Made by a program: the position numbers and the translations under genes
The notes under the pieces: model-generated
What the model was told of the DNA's origin: nothing
Database searches by the model: none
The model's input: the letters and a program-made list of their open reading frames with translations, nothing else
In this document: positions 28,667-37,785 of the stretch, piece after piece
How the letters are laid out: every line of letters starts with the position of its first letter
Numbering within the stretch: the first letter of the stretch is position 1
Assembly: GCA_965116875.1 (NCBI GenBank)
Contig: OZ220733.1
Location: forward strand, 3,968,001 to 4,032,000
DNA from: Candidatus Latescibacterota bacterium
Lineage (GTDB): Bacteria > Latescibacterota > UBA2968 > GCA-2709665
DNA length: 64,000 bases
Direction: 5' to 3'

Positions 28667-30421
28667 ATGTCACGTCGAATGGTCCATGGCGTTATGTTCG
28701 CCGTCTTCGCGCTGCTTTTGGCGGTTCCCGTCGTGCGCGGTCTGTGGCCGCCGCCGGAAAGAGCGGCGCATTACGGGTTTTCGCTCGAGGAAGTGGCGCG
28801 CGAATGCGCAGTCCATTTCGTGCACCGGGGACCCACGCTGGATGCGAAGCTGAACCATATCATGCCGCACGTCGCCGCGATGGGCGCGGCGGTGTCCGTG
28901 GCGGATTTCGACCGCGACGGCTGGCAGGACCTCTACGTGACCAACAGCGGCGAGGGTTCCGCGAATCGGCTGTACCGCAATCTCGGAGACGGTCGGTTCG
29001 AAGACGTGGCGGGAGCGCTGGGCGTGGCAGACCTGAATCAGCCGGGTACCGGGGTCTCCGTCGGCGCGGTCTGGGGAGACTATGACAACGACGGCTTCGA
29101 GGACCTGTTCGTGTACAAATGGGGTCGCCCTGAGTTGTTTCGCAACGCGGCCGGACGAAGGTTCACGCGGGTGACGGAAGAGGCGGGGTTGCCGGGCTGG
29201 ATCAACGCCGGCAGCGCCGTCTGGCTGGATTACGACTGCGACGGGCTGCTGGATCTGTTCATCGCCGGATACTGGCCGGACGGGCTGGACCTCTGGCATC
29301 TTGAATCCACCCGCATGATGCCGGAGAGTTTCGAATATGCGGAGAACGGCGGTCGGAAGTACCTGTTGCGCAATCGGGGCGACGGGCGGTTCGAGGACGT
29401 TGCGGAAAAGCTGGGCATTCGGAGCCGGCGCTGGACCCTTGCCGTGGCGGCGGGGGACCTGAACGGTTCCGGTTACCCGGACCTGTTCCTGTCCAACGAC
29501 TATGGCGTTTCGGAGCTATACCGGAACCAGGGCGGGAAGGCCTTCGAGGAAGTCGGGCGCCGGGCGGGCGTCGGATACCAGCCCAAGAGCGGAATGAACG
29601 CGGCATTCGGGGATGTGTTGAATCAGGGCAGGCTGGCGATCTATGAGACCAATATCTCGGAGGCCGGGATTCTGCTTCAGGGCAACAACCTCTGGATCGC
29701 CCGGCAGGGTGACGACCTGGCGTTCGAAAACCTCGCGCAGGTGATGGGCGTGGAACTGGGCGACTGGAGTTTCGGCGCGCAATTCGGAGATCTCAATAAC
29801 GACGGGCGGCTGGATCTGTATCTGACCAACGGCTACGTGTCCGCCGCGGAGTCGGATAGCTATTGGTACGACTTTTCCCAGGTTGCCGGAGGACACAGGG
29901 CGATCATTTCGGACGCGAAGAACTGGCCGGCGATGAAGGGACGCAGCCTCGCCGGCTATCAGAGAGCGCGCGTATGGGTGAACGACGGGATGGGACGGTT
30001 TGAAGACGCGGCGCCGGCTGTCGGCGTGGACGACCGGTACGACGGCCGCGCGGTTGCGCTGGCGGATCTCTGGAACCGCGGGGTGCTGGACGTCGTGGTG
30101 GCCAACCAGCGCGGTCCGCTCCTGATATACAGAAACTCGGTGAGTACCGAAAGACAGTGGGTCGGTTTCGAACTTGCCGGCGGGACAAGCAATCGAAGCG
30201 CGATCGGGGCGCAGGTACGGCTGTTCTGGAACGGACAGGAGCAGATGCAGGAAGTGTCCGGTGGCAGCGGCTTTTCGTCACAGAATCAGAGACGGTTGCA
30301 TTTCGGGCTGGGCGTCGATCCGTCGCTGGAGAAGGCGGTTGTGACGTGGCCGTCGGGACGGCGCAGGACAATGGAAGACCTGGCGTTGAACGTCTATCAC
30401 CGCGTCGAGGAACCGCAGTAG
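28667..30421 (+). CDS. CRTAC1-family protein (FG-GAP repeats + ASPIC/UnbV)
   Basis: N-terminal TM; DFDRDGWQD, DYDNDGFED, DLNNDGRLD; SNRSAIGA..RLHFGLG..WPSG. Confidence 0.88.
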   Translation: MSRRMVHGVMFAVFALLLAVPVVRGLWPPPERAAHYGFSLEEVARECAVHFVHRGPTLDAKLNHIMPHVAAMGAAVSVADFDRDGWQDLYVTNSGEGSANRLYRNLGDGRFEDVAGALGVADLNQPGTGVSVGAVWGDYDNDGFEDLFVYKWGRPELFRNAAGRRFTRVTEEAGLPGWINAGSAVWLDYDCDGLLDLFIAGYWPDGLDLWHLESTRMMPESFEYAENGGRKYLLRNRGDGRFEDVAEKLGIRSRRWTLAVAAGDLNGSGYPDLFLSNDYGVSELYRNQGGKAFEEVGRRAGVGYQPKSGMNAAFGDVLNQGRLAIYETNISEAGILLQGNNLWIARQGDDLAFENLAQVMGVELGDWSFGAQFGDLNNDGRLDLYLTNGYVSAAESDSYWYDFSQVAGGHRAIISDAKNWPAMKGRSLAGYQRARVWVNDGMGRFEDAAPAVGVDDRYDGRAVALADLWNRGVLDVVVANQRGPLLIYRNSVSTERQWVGFELAGGTSNRSAIGAQVRLFWNGQEQMQEVSGGSGFSSQNQRRLHFGLGVDPSLEKAVVTWPSGRRRTMEDLALNVYHRVEEPQ

Positions 30422-30425
30422 CAAG

Positions 30426-32369
30426 CTACGCTTCTGCTTGCCGGTCAGCGTTCCTGCCGAATACGATCAGAATCGCGGGGATGATCGCCAGGCCGATCAG
30501 CAGCCCGCACCACACCGGATAGAAAAAGGTCGCTCCGATGTACCCTGTGAGCGCGGCGATGCCCATTGTGGTCAGGGCGTAAGGAAACTGGGTCCTCACG
30601 TGGTCCAGATGGTCGCATGACGTGGCGAGGCTGGACATAACGGTCGTGTCGCTGATCGGGGAGCAGTGATCGCCGAAGATTGCGCCATCCAGTACGGCGG
30701 CGGCGGCGAGAATCGTGAGCGGAAAGCCGCCCAGGCTGTGCGCAAGGGGAACGGCGGTGGGGATGAGAATCGCCATGGTCGCCCAGGACGTCCCGATAGA
30801 GAAGGCGATCGACGCCGCCAGGAGAAAGATGAGCAGAGGCAGCAGGCCGGGCGCCGCGATCGGCGATAGCGCTGCGGCAAGATACGTGGATGTACCGAGG
30901 TCCTTGCAGACCGCCTGAATGGCCCAGGCCATGACCAGGATGGCGATGGCATAGTGGATGCCCGTGACGCCCTGCGCCCAGGTTGTCAACGCCGCCAGCG
31001 GTCGAATGGGGGCGGGTCCTCCGGCGGGACGGCGCCTGGCAACCGCGATGACGAGCGCGACTGCGGAACCCAGTATGGCGGAAAGGAAGAGCACCCGTGC
31101 GTTGTCGGCGTTGGAGAAACATGCGGTCCAGTACGAGATGCTGAAGAGCGAGCTTGCAAGCCGTATCGGCCGGACGTTTGGATCGTTCCATGTGTCCGCG
31201 GCCATGCCGCCAATGACCGCGGCGACGACCATCAGAACAGGTGCGGCCGCGGCCCACCACGCGGGCTGAACGCCGTCGGCGGGCAGGACCTCCCTGCTGC
31301 GCCGCACCGCCAGCGGCGCAGCGCCCGGCCGGAGTACCTGTCCGGTCGTCCTTGCGCGGTATTCCGCACGGTACATGGGTCCGTAGTCCCGCTGGAGCCA
31401 GGCTGACGCGACGACGAATGCAAGCGTAAAGAGGCAGTAGAATCGAAACGGGAGGGCATGGAAGAAGAGCTGGTAGCCGGATACGCCTGTGCCGAGATCT
31501 CGCATGAGGTCGCCGAAGAGTCCAACCTCGAATCCGATCCAGGTGCTGATGACCGCGACGCCCGCGACCGGAGCGGCCGTGGAATCCACGATGTACGCGA
31601 GTTTTTCGCGGGAGATCCGGAACCGGTCGGCCATAGGACGAAACGTGGTGCCCACCACGATCGTATTGGCGTAGTCATCGAAGAATATCGCCAGCCCCAT
31701 GAAGAATGCGGCCAATCGTGTGGACCTCGCGCCTTCCGATCGGGAGGCAAGGAGTGCGGCTATACCCTGGTTGCCCCCCGCCAGCGACGTGACCCTTACC
31801 ATGCCGATCAGGGCAGCCGTAAAGCCGAGAATGTACAGCTGAAACGACGATCTGAGCGGCGTCCAGACGTAACTCACGGCTGCTCTTTCGAAGGCGGCGA
31901 ACGGGAGCAAATGGATCGGGGCATTTCCGGCCGTGAGGAAGCCGCCACAGAGAACGGCCAGGGACAGTCCCAGGAGAACACGTCCGCTGAAAATGGCAAC
32001 CAGGATCGCCGCAATCGGCGGAAAGAGGCTCCAGCCGTCGACGGATGTAAGCCGCGTCCGGCGCTGCGACGAGGCTGTAGCCGCAGTCAGTACCAGGCCG
32101 TCCGGGCCTCGACTGCACCCGACCACAATTTCAGGCGCACCGGGATCGGGGGTCTTTCGGCGGCGTTGAACTTCCTCGAAACCGGAACGGCAGCGTGGGT
32201 CCCGGTTGATTGCGAATCGCCACGGACCGTCACCCAGCGTTTCTGACAGGAGCGGCAACTCCGACACGATCTGCTGGTGAATGACGCGATCCTCGTTGGT
32301 CGGCAACATTGCGACGAATACCGCGGCCAGCGAAACCGCTGCCAGAACGCGCGCCGATGTGACTGCCAT
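30426..32369 (-). CDS. NhaC-family Na+/H+ antiporter or amino-acid transporter
   Basis: IFFDDYAN, SREKLAYIVDSTAAP, GTSWAT, GAIFGDHCSPISDTT, HVRTQ; start uncertain (32369 or 32396). Confidence 0.88.
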   Translation of the reverse strand: MAVTSARVLAAVSLAAVFVAMLPTNEDRVIHQQIVSELPLLSETLGDGPWRFAINRDPRCRSGFEEVQRRRKTPDPGAPEIVVGCSRGPDGLVLTAATASSQRRTRLTSVDGWSLFPPIAAILVAIFSGRVLLGLSLAVLCGGFLTAGNAPIHLLPFAAFERAAVSYVWTPLRSSFQLYILGFTAALIGMVRVTSLAGGNQGIAALLASRSEGARSTRLAAFFMGLAIFFDDYANTIVVGTTFRPMADRFRISREKLAYIVDSTAAPVAGVAVISTWIGFEVGLFGDLMRDLGTGVSGYQLFFHALPFRFYCLFTLAFVVASAWLQRDYGPMYRAEYRARTTGQVLRPGAAPLAVRRSREVLPADGVQPAWWAAAAPVLMVVAAVIGGMAADTWNDPNVRPIRLASSLFSISYWTACFSNADNARVLFLSAILGSAVALVIAVARRRPAGGPAPIRPLAALTTWAQGVTGIHYAIAILVMAWAIQAVCKDLGTSTYLAAALSPIAAPGLLPLLIFLLAASIAFSIGTSWATMAILIPTAVPLAHSLGGFPLTILAAAAVLDGAIFGDHCSPISDTTVMSSLATSCDHLDHVRTQFPYALTTMGIAALTGYIGATFFYPVWCGLLIGLAIIPAILIVFGRNADRQAEA

Positions 32370-32567
32370 GTTTTTTTCGTTCTTATTCGGATTCATGGGC
32401 CGACTGTCGCCGTGGCGGGTTTTCACGAAGACTTCTGTGGTTGCGGTTCTTTAAAGAGGGGATGCGCTCATCGGAAAAAGACGTTTCCATTCGAGCGATA
32501 CCGTCCTATCTTTGTCGTAAACGCGTCGTCGGCAACGACACCGATCAGCCTCATCTGAAGGGGCGCC

Positions 32568-33362
32568 ATGATAGACCGGTTTAAGGAACGAGCCAACGAA
32601 ATTCTGGACAAGGCGCAGGCGGGCGACCGGACGAGTCGACTGATCGACCTGTTTATCATGGGGTTGATCATCCTGAACGTCGTGGCGGTCATCCTGGAAA
32701 CAGTGGAGGCCGTTCTGGCGTCGTACCGCTGGGCATTCAAGGCGTTCGACGCCTTTTCCGTGGGTGTCTTTACCGTCGAATACCTGCTGCGCCTGTGGTC
32801 GTGTACCGCGGACAGACGGTATTCCCGTCCCGTTCGGGGTCGAATGAGATATTTCCTGACGCCCCTGGCCCTTGTGGACCTGATTGCGATCCTCCCGTTC
32901 TATCTGCCTCTGGTGACAACGGTCGATCTGCGGGTCCTGCGCGCCATGAGGCTGTTGCGGTTGTTCAAGCTGGGACGGTATTCCACGTCGTTGCAGACGC
33001 TGGGCAACGTGCTGCGGAAGCACAGGGGCGAACTGGTCGTGACGCTCTTTGTCCTGCTGATCATGCTGGTCATCGCGTCGACGTTGATGTATTTTGCCGA
33101 ACACCGCGCACAGCCGGATGCCTTCTCGAGTATACCGTCGGCCATGTGGTGGGGCATCGTGACGCTCACGACGGTGGGATACGGAGACACGTACCCCGTA
33201 ACCGGCGTGGGAAAGGTGCTGGGCGCCGTGATCGCGCTTCTGGGTATCGGAATGTTCGCCCTGCCGGCGGGCATCCTCGGTTCGGGATTCGCCGGGGAGA
33301 TCGACCGGCGAAAGACGGAGGACGGCGTCTGTCCGCATTGCGGACGTGAGATGGAATCGTGA
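32568..33362 (+). CDS. Voltage-gated 6TM potassium channel
   Basis: Arg-rich S4 (LRVLRAMRLLRLFKLGR), filter TTVGYGD, C-terminal CPHCG. Confidence 0.93.
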   Translation: MIDRFKERANEILDKAQAGDRTSRLIDLFIMGLIILNVVAVILETVEAVLASYRWAFKAFDAFSVGVFTVEYLLRLWSCTADRRYSRPVRGRMRYFLTPLALVDLIAILPFYLPLVTTVDLRVLRAMRLLRLFKLGRYSTSLQTLGNVLRKHRGELVVTLFVLLIMLVIASTLMYFAEHRAQPDAFSSIPSAMWWGIVTLTTVGYGDTYPVTGVGKVLGAVIALLGIGMFALPAGILGSGFAGEIDRRKTEDGVCPHCGREMES

Positions 33363-33403
33363 TTCTGTTGTGGTTCGATTGATAAAGCAAAGGAGCGGCC
33401 AGG

Positions 33404-34201
33404 ATGGAGACGACGGTTGGATGTACGACCCGGCCCTACGGCCAGTTGAGTTACAGCGAAGCCTACAGCCGGATCGCGGAAGCCGGTTACTCGGACGTGG
33501 CGGTTTTTGCAAACGAAGGCCGGGTGCCAGTGGGTCCCGGGAGTTCTCCGGCGGAGGTCGCCGCGGTCAGGAACGCGGCGGATGCCGCGGGAGTGGTTCC
33601 TTCGATGCTCATCGGAGGCACGCAGTTGGGCGATGGGCTGGCGTCGGCGGTGGACGCCTACAAGCGGCTGATCGACAATGCGGCTGCGCTGGGCACGACC
33701 TGGCTCCTGGATTGCGGCACGAGCAACGAAGCCCATTTCGATGACTATTTCGAGCTGATGCGGCAGTCCGCGCCCCATGCGGACGAGGTCGGCGTGAACA
33801 TCACCATGAAGCCCCACGGGGGTATCAGCCTCACGGTGTCCCACCTGCTTGCGGCCAATAACAACGTGAGCCACGCGGCGTTCGGTATCTGTTTCGATCC
33901 GGGAAACATCATCTACTATACCAAGGGTGAATTGCGGCCGGAGACCGACGTCTCGGAAGTGGCGCCCGTGGTCACAACGGGGATCATCAAGGATTGCACG
34001 GTAATTGACGATGTGCCGGACGTAATGGTGACGCCGGGCGACGGGCTTGTGGATTTCCATGCGGTGTTGTCCGGACTGGCCGGCGGCGGGTTCAAAGGAC
34101 CGCTCTACGTGGAATGCGTTGGTGGCAAGGAGCCGGACGAGGTGGACCGCGACATTGCGTTTACACGGGGATACGTCGAGGGAATCCTGTCCGGCCTCTA
34201 A
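33404..34201 (+). CDS. Sugar phosphate isomerase/epimerase (xylose-isomerase-like TIM barrel)
   Basis: KPHGG, FDPGN, IKD, PGDGLVDF, LYVEC. Confidence 0.8.
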   Translation: METTVGCTTRPYGQLSYSEAYSRIAEAGYSDVAVFANEGRVPVGPGSSPAEVAAVRNAADAAGVVPSMLIGGTQLGDGLASAVDAYKRLIDNAAALGTTWLLDCGTSNEAHFDDYFELMRQSAPHADEVGVNITMKPHGGISLTVSHLLAANNNVSHAAFGICFDPGNIIYYTKGELRPETDVSEVAPVVTTGIIKDCTVIDDVPDVMVTPGDGLVDFHAVLSGLAGGGFKGPLYVECVGGKEPDEVDRDIAFTRGYVEGILSGL

Positions 34202-34215
34202 CTTCGAATCGATCG

Positions 34216-34599
34216 TCAGGCCAGAACCGCCGTGACTTCGATTTCAACGTGGGCTCCGGCAGGGAGGGCAACCACCTGAACGCAACTTCGTCCGGGAGGG
34301 TCGTTCGGGAAATATTCCGCGTAGACGGCGTTCATTTCGGCGAATTCGGATATGTCCGTCATATAGACCACGGTCCGGACCGCGTGGTCCATCGTGGCGC
34401 CCGCGGCCTCCAGGATCGCCGCGATGTTTTCCAGCGTCTGCCGGGTTTCGGCGGCAATGCCGCCGCTGACGATTGCGCCGGTTGCGGGGTCGATTCCCTT
34501 TTCGCCCGCAACGAAGATCAACTCTCCCGTTTTGACGGCCTGCGAATACGGACCCACTGGAAGAGCGGCTTTGTCGGTGGTAATCACCTCTTTCTGCAT
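34216..34599 (-). CDS. ridA: RidA family reactive-intermediate deaminase
   Basis: GPYSQAV, MNAVYAEYF, PGRSCVQV..LP..VEIE; ATG 34599 after GGAG. Confidence 0.92.
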   Translation of the reverse strand: MQKEVITTDKAALPVGPYSQAVKTGELIFVAGEKGIDPATGAIVSGGIAAETRQTLENIAAILEAAGATMDHAVRTVVYMTDISEFAEMNAVYAEYFPNDPPGRSCVQVVALPAGAHVEIEVTAVLA

Positions 34600-34838
34600 G
34601 ACGCGATTTCTCCATGTTAAATTGCGGTACGTCTTGCGTAAGCGCTGAATAGACGGTTGCGCGCCGGGTTTACGGCGGTTGGTGCTTCCCCTTCTGTGGC
34701 CGTCTTTGATAACGTCAGGCAGCGGGATTGTCAAGTAGAATCACCCGGATCGTTTGCGCCGGCGCCTCGAGCATCCGCATTCACGCGTCGGTGAATCCGT
34801 GCCGGTCCGTATGGCTGTCAGCGGCGGCTTCAAACCCA

Positions 34839-35002
34839 AGAAGCTGTCTTAAAATTCCCAGCGGTCTTCGCGCGGCTGCAAAAGCGCCGGTCGGCGTTGG
34901 TCAAACCCACCCGTATAGACAAATATGGGCGGATTTTCCCGCCTTGACCGCCACTTTTTCGCTCGCGCTCGGGAACTCACCGGTAATTTTAAGACAGCTT
35001 CT
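34839..35002. mobile_element. 164-bp MITE-like element, copy 2
   Basis: TIRs AGAAGCTGTCTTAAAATT / AATTTTAAGACAGCTTCT; 6 substitutions relative to copy 1. Confidence 0.85.
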
Positions 35003-35019
35003 TACGAGGGAATGCGCCT

Positions 35020-35445
35020 ATGGGTACTGGATCTCGAGATGTCAAGCGACTGGAACTGCCCAGTTGCGTCGAGTCGCTTCACGAGGTTGTGGACGTTGCG
35101 GCACAGATCACCTCCGACCTCGCGATGAGTGAGGACGCCTGCGACGAAGTAGCCATTGCGCTTACGGAAGCCGTGAATAATGCCATTTTCCATGGGAACG
35201 AGGGTGTGCGGGAGAAACCGTTCAGGGTTGAATTTACCGTGGTGGACGGGATGTTGGATATCGCGGTCCTGGATCAGGGTCCGGGCTTCGACCCGGAGGA
35301 GGTACCGGATCCGCTTGCCGAGGAAAACCTGTTGAATCCGTCCGGCCGCGGCCTGCTGATGATGCGCGCCATGGTGGACGACGTCCAGCACCAGTTCTGC
35401 GATGCCGGTACGAGGGTCGTCCTTCGCAAACGCATTGCATCTTGA
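35020..35445 (+). CDS. RsbW-like anti-sigma factor / Ser kinase (HATPase_c_2)
   Basis: EAVNNAIFHGN, DQGPGFD, PDP..ENL..SGRGL, GTRV. Confidence 0.9.
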   Translation: MGTGSRDVKRLELPSCVESLHEVVDVAAQITSDLAMSEDACDEVAIALTEAVNNAIFHGNEGVREKPFRVEFTVVDGMLDIAVLDQGPGFDPEEVPDPLAEENLLNPSGRGLLMMRAMVDDVQHQFCDAGTRVVLRKRIAS

Positions 35446-35534
35446 GAATACGAATAGACGAAAAAACGAGTAGACGATAAAACAAGAATAGGAGTGATGT
35501 ATTTCCTTTCTTTCGTAGTCTCGTAATCTCGCTC
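35443..35534. repeat. 8-nt-periodic CGA / TCGT arrays, same family as 7338-7517
   Basis: CGA at 35451, 35459, 35467, 35475; TCGT at 35513, 35521 and TCGC at 35529; shares TCGTAGTCTCGTA with 7474-7486. Confidence 0.75.
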
Positions 35535-35549
35535 TTTGGAGGCCGCGCC

Positions 35550-36623
35550 ATGCGTATCGAATCCATCGAAACGATTTCGCTTTCCTGCTTCTGGGGGCCG
35601 TCCGATCGCGGAATCAAGCGGACCTGGCCCCTTCATCTTGTCCGGGCGGATAACGGGTTCGTGGGCATTGGAAGGGGTGGAAGCGCCGAACTGATCGAGC
35701 GGGAATTCGTGCCGATACTACTGGGCGAAGACCCGCGCCGGCCGGCCCGGCTATGGCAGCGGATGTACGATCTCGCGTGGCGCTTTCGGGGCCCGGGCCG
35801 GGCCGCGATGGGCACGATCGGCGCCCTGGACGTGGCGATCTGGGATCTGTACGGCAGGGCGTGCGGCGAGCCGGTCTGGCGGCTGCTGGGCGGCTACCGG
35901 GACCGTGTGACCGCGTACGCGGACGGGATCGGCTATGAACATCAGAACGCCGAGGAAGTTGCCGCCCTTGTGCGAAAGCACGCGGACCTCGGGTTCAAGG
36001 CCGTGAAGTTCCATCTGTCGAACGACGATCGGGAACTCGCGTTCGAAAAGGTCAGGTTGTCGCGCCAGGCGCTGGGTGACGACAGGCGGTTGATGATCGA
36101 CGTTCACAGGATGTGGGAAGGGAAAACCGCGGCGGAGATGGCGCGACGGTTCGAGCCTTACAATCTATACTGGATTGAAGAACCCGTGCGAGGCGACGAC
36201 GAGGCGTCCCACATGCGGATGGTGCGGGAGGCCACGGGGTCTCTGGTTGCCGGCGGCGAGAGCGAGGGCACGCTGTACGGCATCCGCCACCTGATCGTCG
36301 ACGGCGGCCTGCAGGTCGTCCAGTCGGACATCATCGGCGGCGGCGGGTTTACGGGACTTATGCGGATGGCGGCGCTGGCCGAGGCGCACCACGTATACGT
36401 TGCGCCCCATGGAGCATCGTTTCCGGAAATCAACTGCCACCTGATCGCCGCCGTGCCCAACGGGCTGATGGTTTCGGCGTGCCCGCACACCGAGCCGTAC
36501 CAGGTCTGGTCGCAACTCTACGATCCACCGTTCCGGATCGTCGACGGGATGATCCACATGAGCGATGAGCCCGGCCTCGGCCTGACGCTCAACCAGGACT
36601 TCATCGAAGCGCATCGGGTGTGA
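35550..36623 (+). CDS. Mandelate racemase/muconate lactonizing enzyme family protein
   Basis: GALDVAIWDL, LLGG, KAVKF, LMIDVH, WIEEP, AGGES, APH, PGLG. Confidence 0.92.
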   Translation: MRIESIETISLSCFWGPSDRGIKRTWPLHLVRADNGFVGIGRGGSAELIEREFVPILLGEDPRRPARLWQRMYDLAWRFRGPGRAAMGTIGALDVAIWDLYGRACGEPVWRLLGGYRDRVTAYADGIGYEHQNAEEVAALVRKHADLGFKAVKFHLSNDDRELAFEKVRLSRQALGDDRRLMIDVHRMWEGKTAAEMARRFEPYNLYWIEEPVRGDDEASHMRMVREATGSLVAGGESEGTLYGIRHLIVDGGLQVVQSDIIGGGGFTGLMRMAALAEAHHVYVAPHGASFPEINCHLIAAVPNGLMVSACPHTEPYQVWSQLYDPPFRIVDGMIHMSDEPGLGLTLNQDFIEAHRV

Positions 36624-36724
36624 GGAAAGGAATTCAGGATACTGTCGTGCCGCAGTCCGTTCTCCGCGCCAACGAAATGAACACGAGTCCGTTCCACCTT
36701 CCGTCCCGACGACGTCTCGTGATC

Positions 36725-36745
36725 ACTCCCCCCTTGAGGGGGAGT
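36725..36745. repeat. REP-like palindrome
   Basis: ACTCCCCC-CTTGA-GGGGGAGT. Confidence 0.6.
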
Positions 36746-36830
36746 CGCAGAAGTCGGGCCGGTGCCACGAGCCTCCGCGCTGCGACCGAAGGCGATCTGA
36801 TCTCTTTCACGGCATGATCCACCATTATCC

Positions 36831-37007
36831 GGAGCGAGGGCATCCTGCCCTCGGACTTCGTGTGACCGATCAATACCCGAATCAAGGGCTTATTGTTTCC
36901 TTTGTATCCGATATCACATCGAAAATGACGGCGTCGGAACCGCGCGAATCAGCCGTCGAGGGCAGGATGCCCTCGCTCCTGGGAACGCCAACCACTTCGT
37001 TCCCAGG
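36831..37007. repeat. GGAG-type REP doublet plus an overlapping 10-bp inverted repeat
   Basis: GGAGCGAGGGCATCCTGCCCTCG (36831-36853) and its exact reverse complement (36957-36979); CCTGGGAACG (36978-36987) / CGTTCCCAGG (36998-37007). Confidence 0.85.
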
Positions 37008-37034
37008 TCGGTATCTGTCAGGGACAGCAGTGAT

Positions 37035-37256
37035 ATGAACCGGTACTTGATCGTCATCGAAACTACGGAAACCGGGTTTTCTGCATATTCTCCGGACCTT
37101 CCCGGATGTGTGTCCACCGGCGCCACGCGGAAAGAAGTGGAAGTGAACATGAAGGAGGCGATTGAATTTCACCTCGATGGATTGAAACAGGAGCGCTATC
37201 CGATTCCGGCACCGACCGCATCTTCCATGTACGTTAAGGTAGAATCGAAAGTTTAG
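37035..37256 (+). CDS. hicB: HicB-family antitoxin (short form)
   Basis: YLIVIE..GFSAYSPDLPGCVSTGAT..EAIEFHL..PIP. Confidence 0.9.
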   Translation: MNRYLIVIETTETGFSAYSPDLPGCVSTGATRKEVEVNMKEAIEFHLDGLKQERYPIPAPTASSMYVKVESKV

Positions 37257-37301
37257 ATGGCTGTGTACCCCGTTGTCGCTCATTGCAATAGGATATCTAC
37301 G

Positions 37302-37478
37302 ATGTCAAAAATAAAGGAGATACAGCAAGCGATTTTGGCCCTTCCTGAAACTGAATATGTCGAATTAAGACAATGGTTTATCGAGTTGGACTGGAAGAAG
37401 TGGGACCGGCAGATTGAAGCGGATTCAAAGGACGGAAAATTGGATTTCCTGATTTCAGATGCGTTTGATTCCAAATGA
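37302..37478 (+). CDS. Small antitoxin-like protein, possibly truncated
   Basis: MSKIKEIQQAILALP..LRQWF..WDRQIEAD..GKLDFL resembles small proteins recalled upstream of RelE/ParE-like toxins; AT-richer than the flanks. Confidence 0.6.
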   Translation: MSKIKEIQQAILALPETEYVELRQWFIELDWKKWDRQIEADSKDGKLDFLISDAFDSK

Positions 37479-37699
37479 AAGCCAGCGCGAAGTACGCGAA
37501 GGTCGTTGAATGGTCCGAAGAGGATCAATGCTATATTGGTAGCGCGCCCGGTTTGATGTACGGAGGTTGCCACGGAGACGATGAACGGGCCGTCTTTGAT
37601 CATCTATGCCAGATTGTTGAGGAGGCAATCGAAATATACCAGAAAGATGGAAAGCTCCTGCCCCCGGCGACGTCGACCCGCGAATTGGCAAGCCGGTGA
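37475..37699 (+). CDS. HicB-like antitoxin-fold protein
   Basis: YAKVVEWSEEDQCYIG..PGL..GCHGDD..LC..VEE..DGK.LP. Confidence 0.75.
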   Translation: MKASAKYAKVVEWSEEDQCYIGSAPGLMYGGCHGDDERAVFDHLCQIVEEAIEIYQKDGKLLPPATSTRELASR

Positions 37700-37785
37700 T
37701 GCACGACTATGCGCCCCGTGAAAGAGATGTTCTCACAATTTCCTATCGACATTGACCTGAGATCAATTATGCGGCGCGATTGCGA

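Noticed and set aside
34706-34734. Minus-strand promoter for ridA (TTGACA, 17 nt, TATCAA)
   Set aside because: Plausible, but the -10 lacks the conserved final T and there is no independent support.
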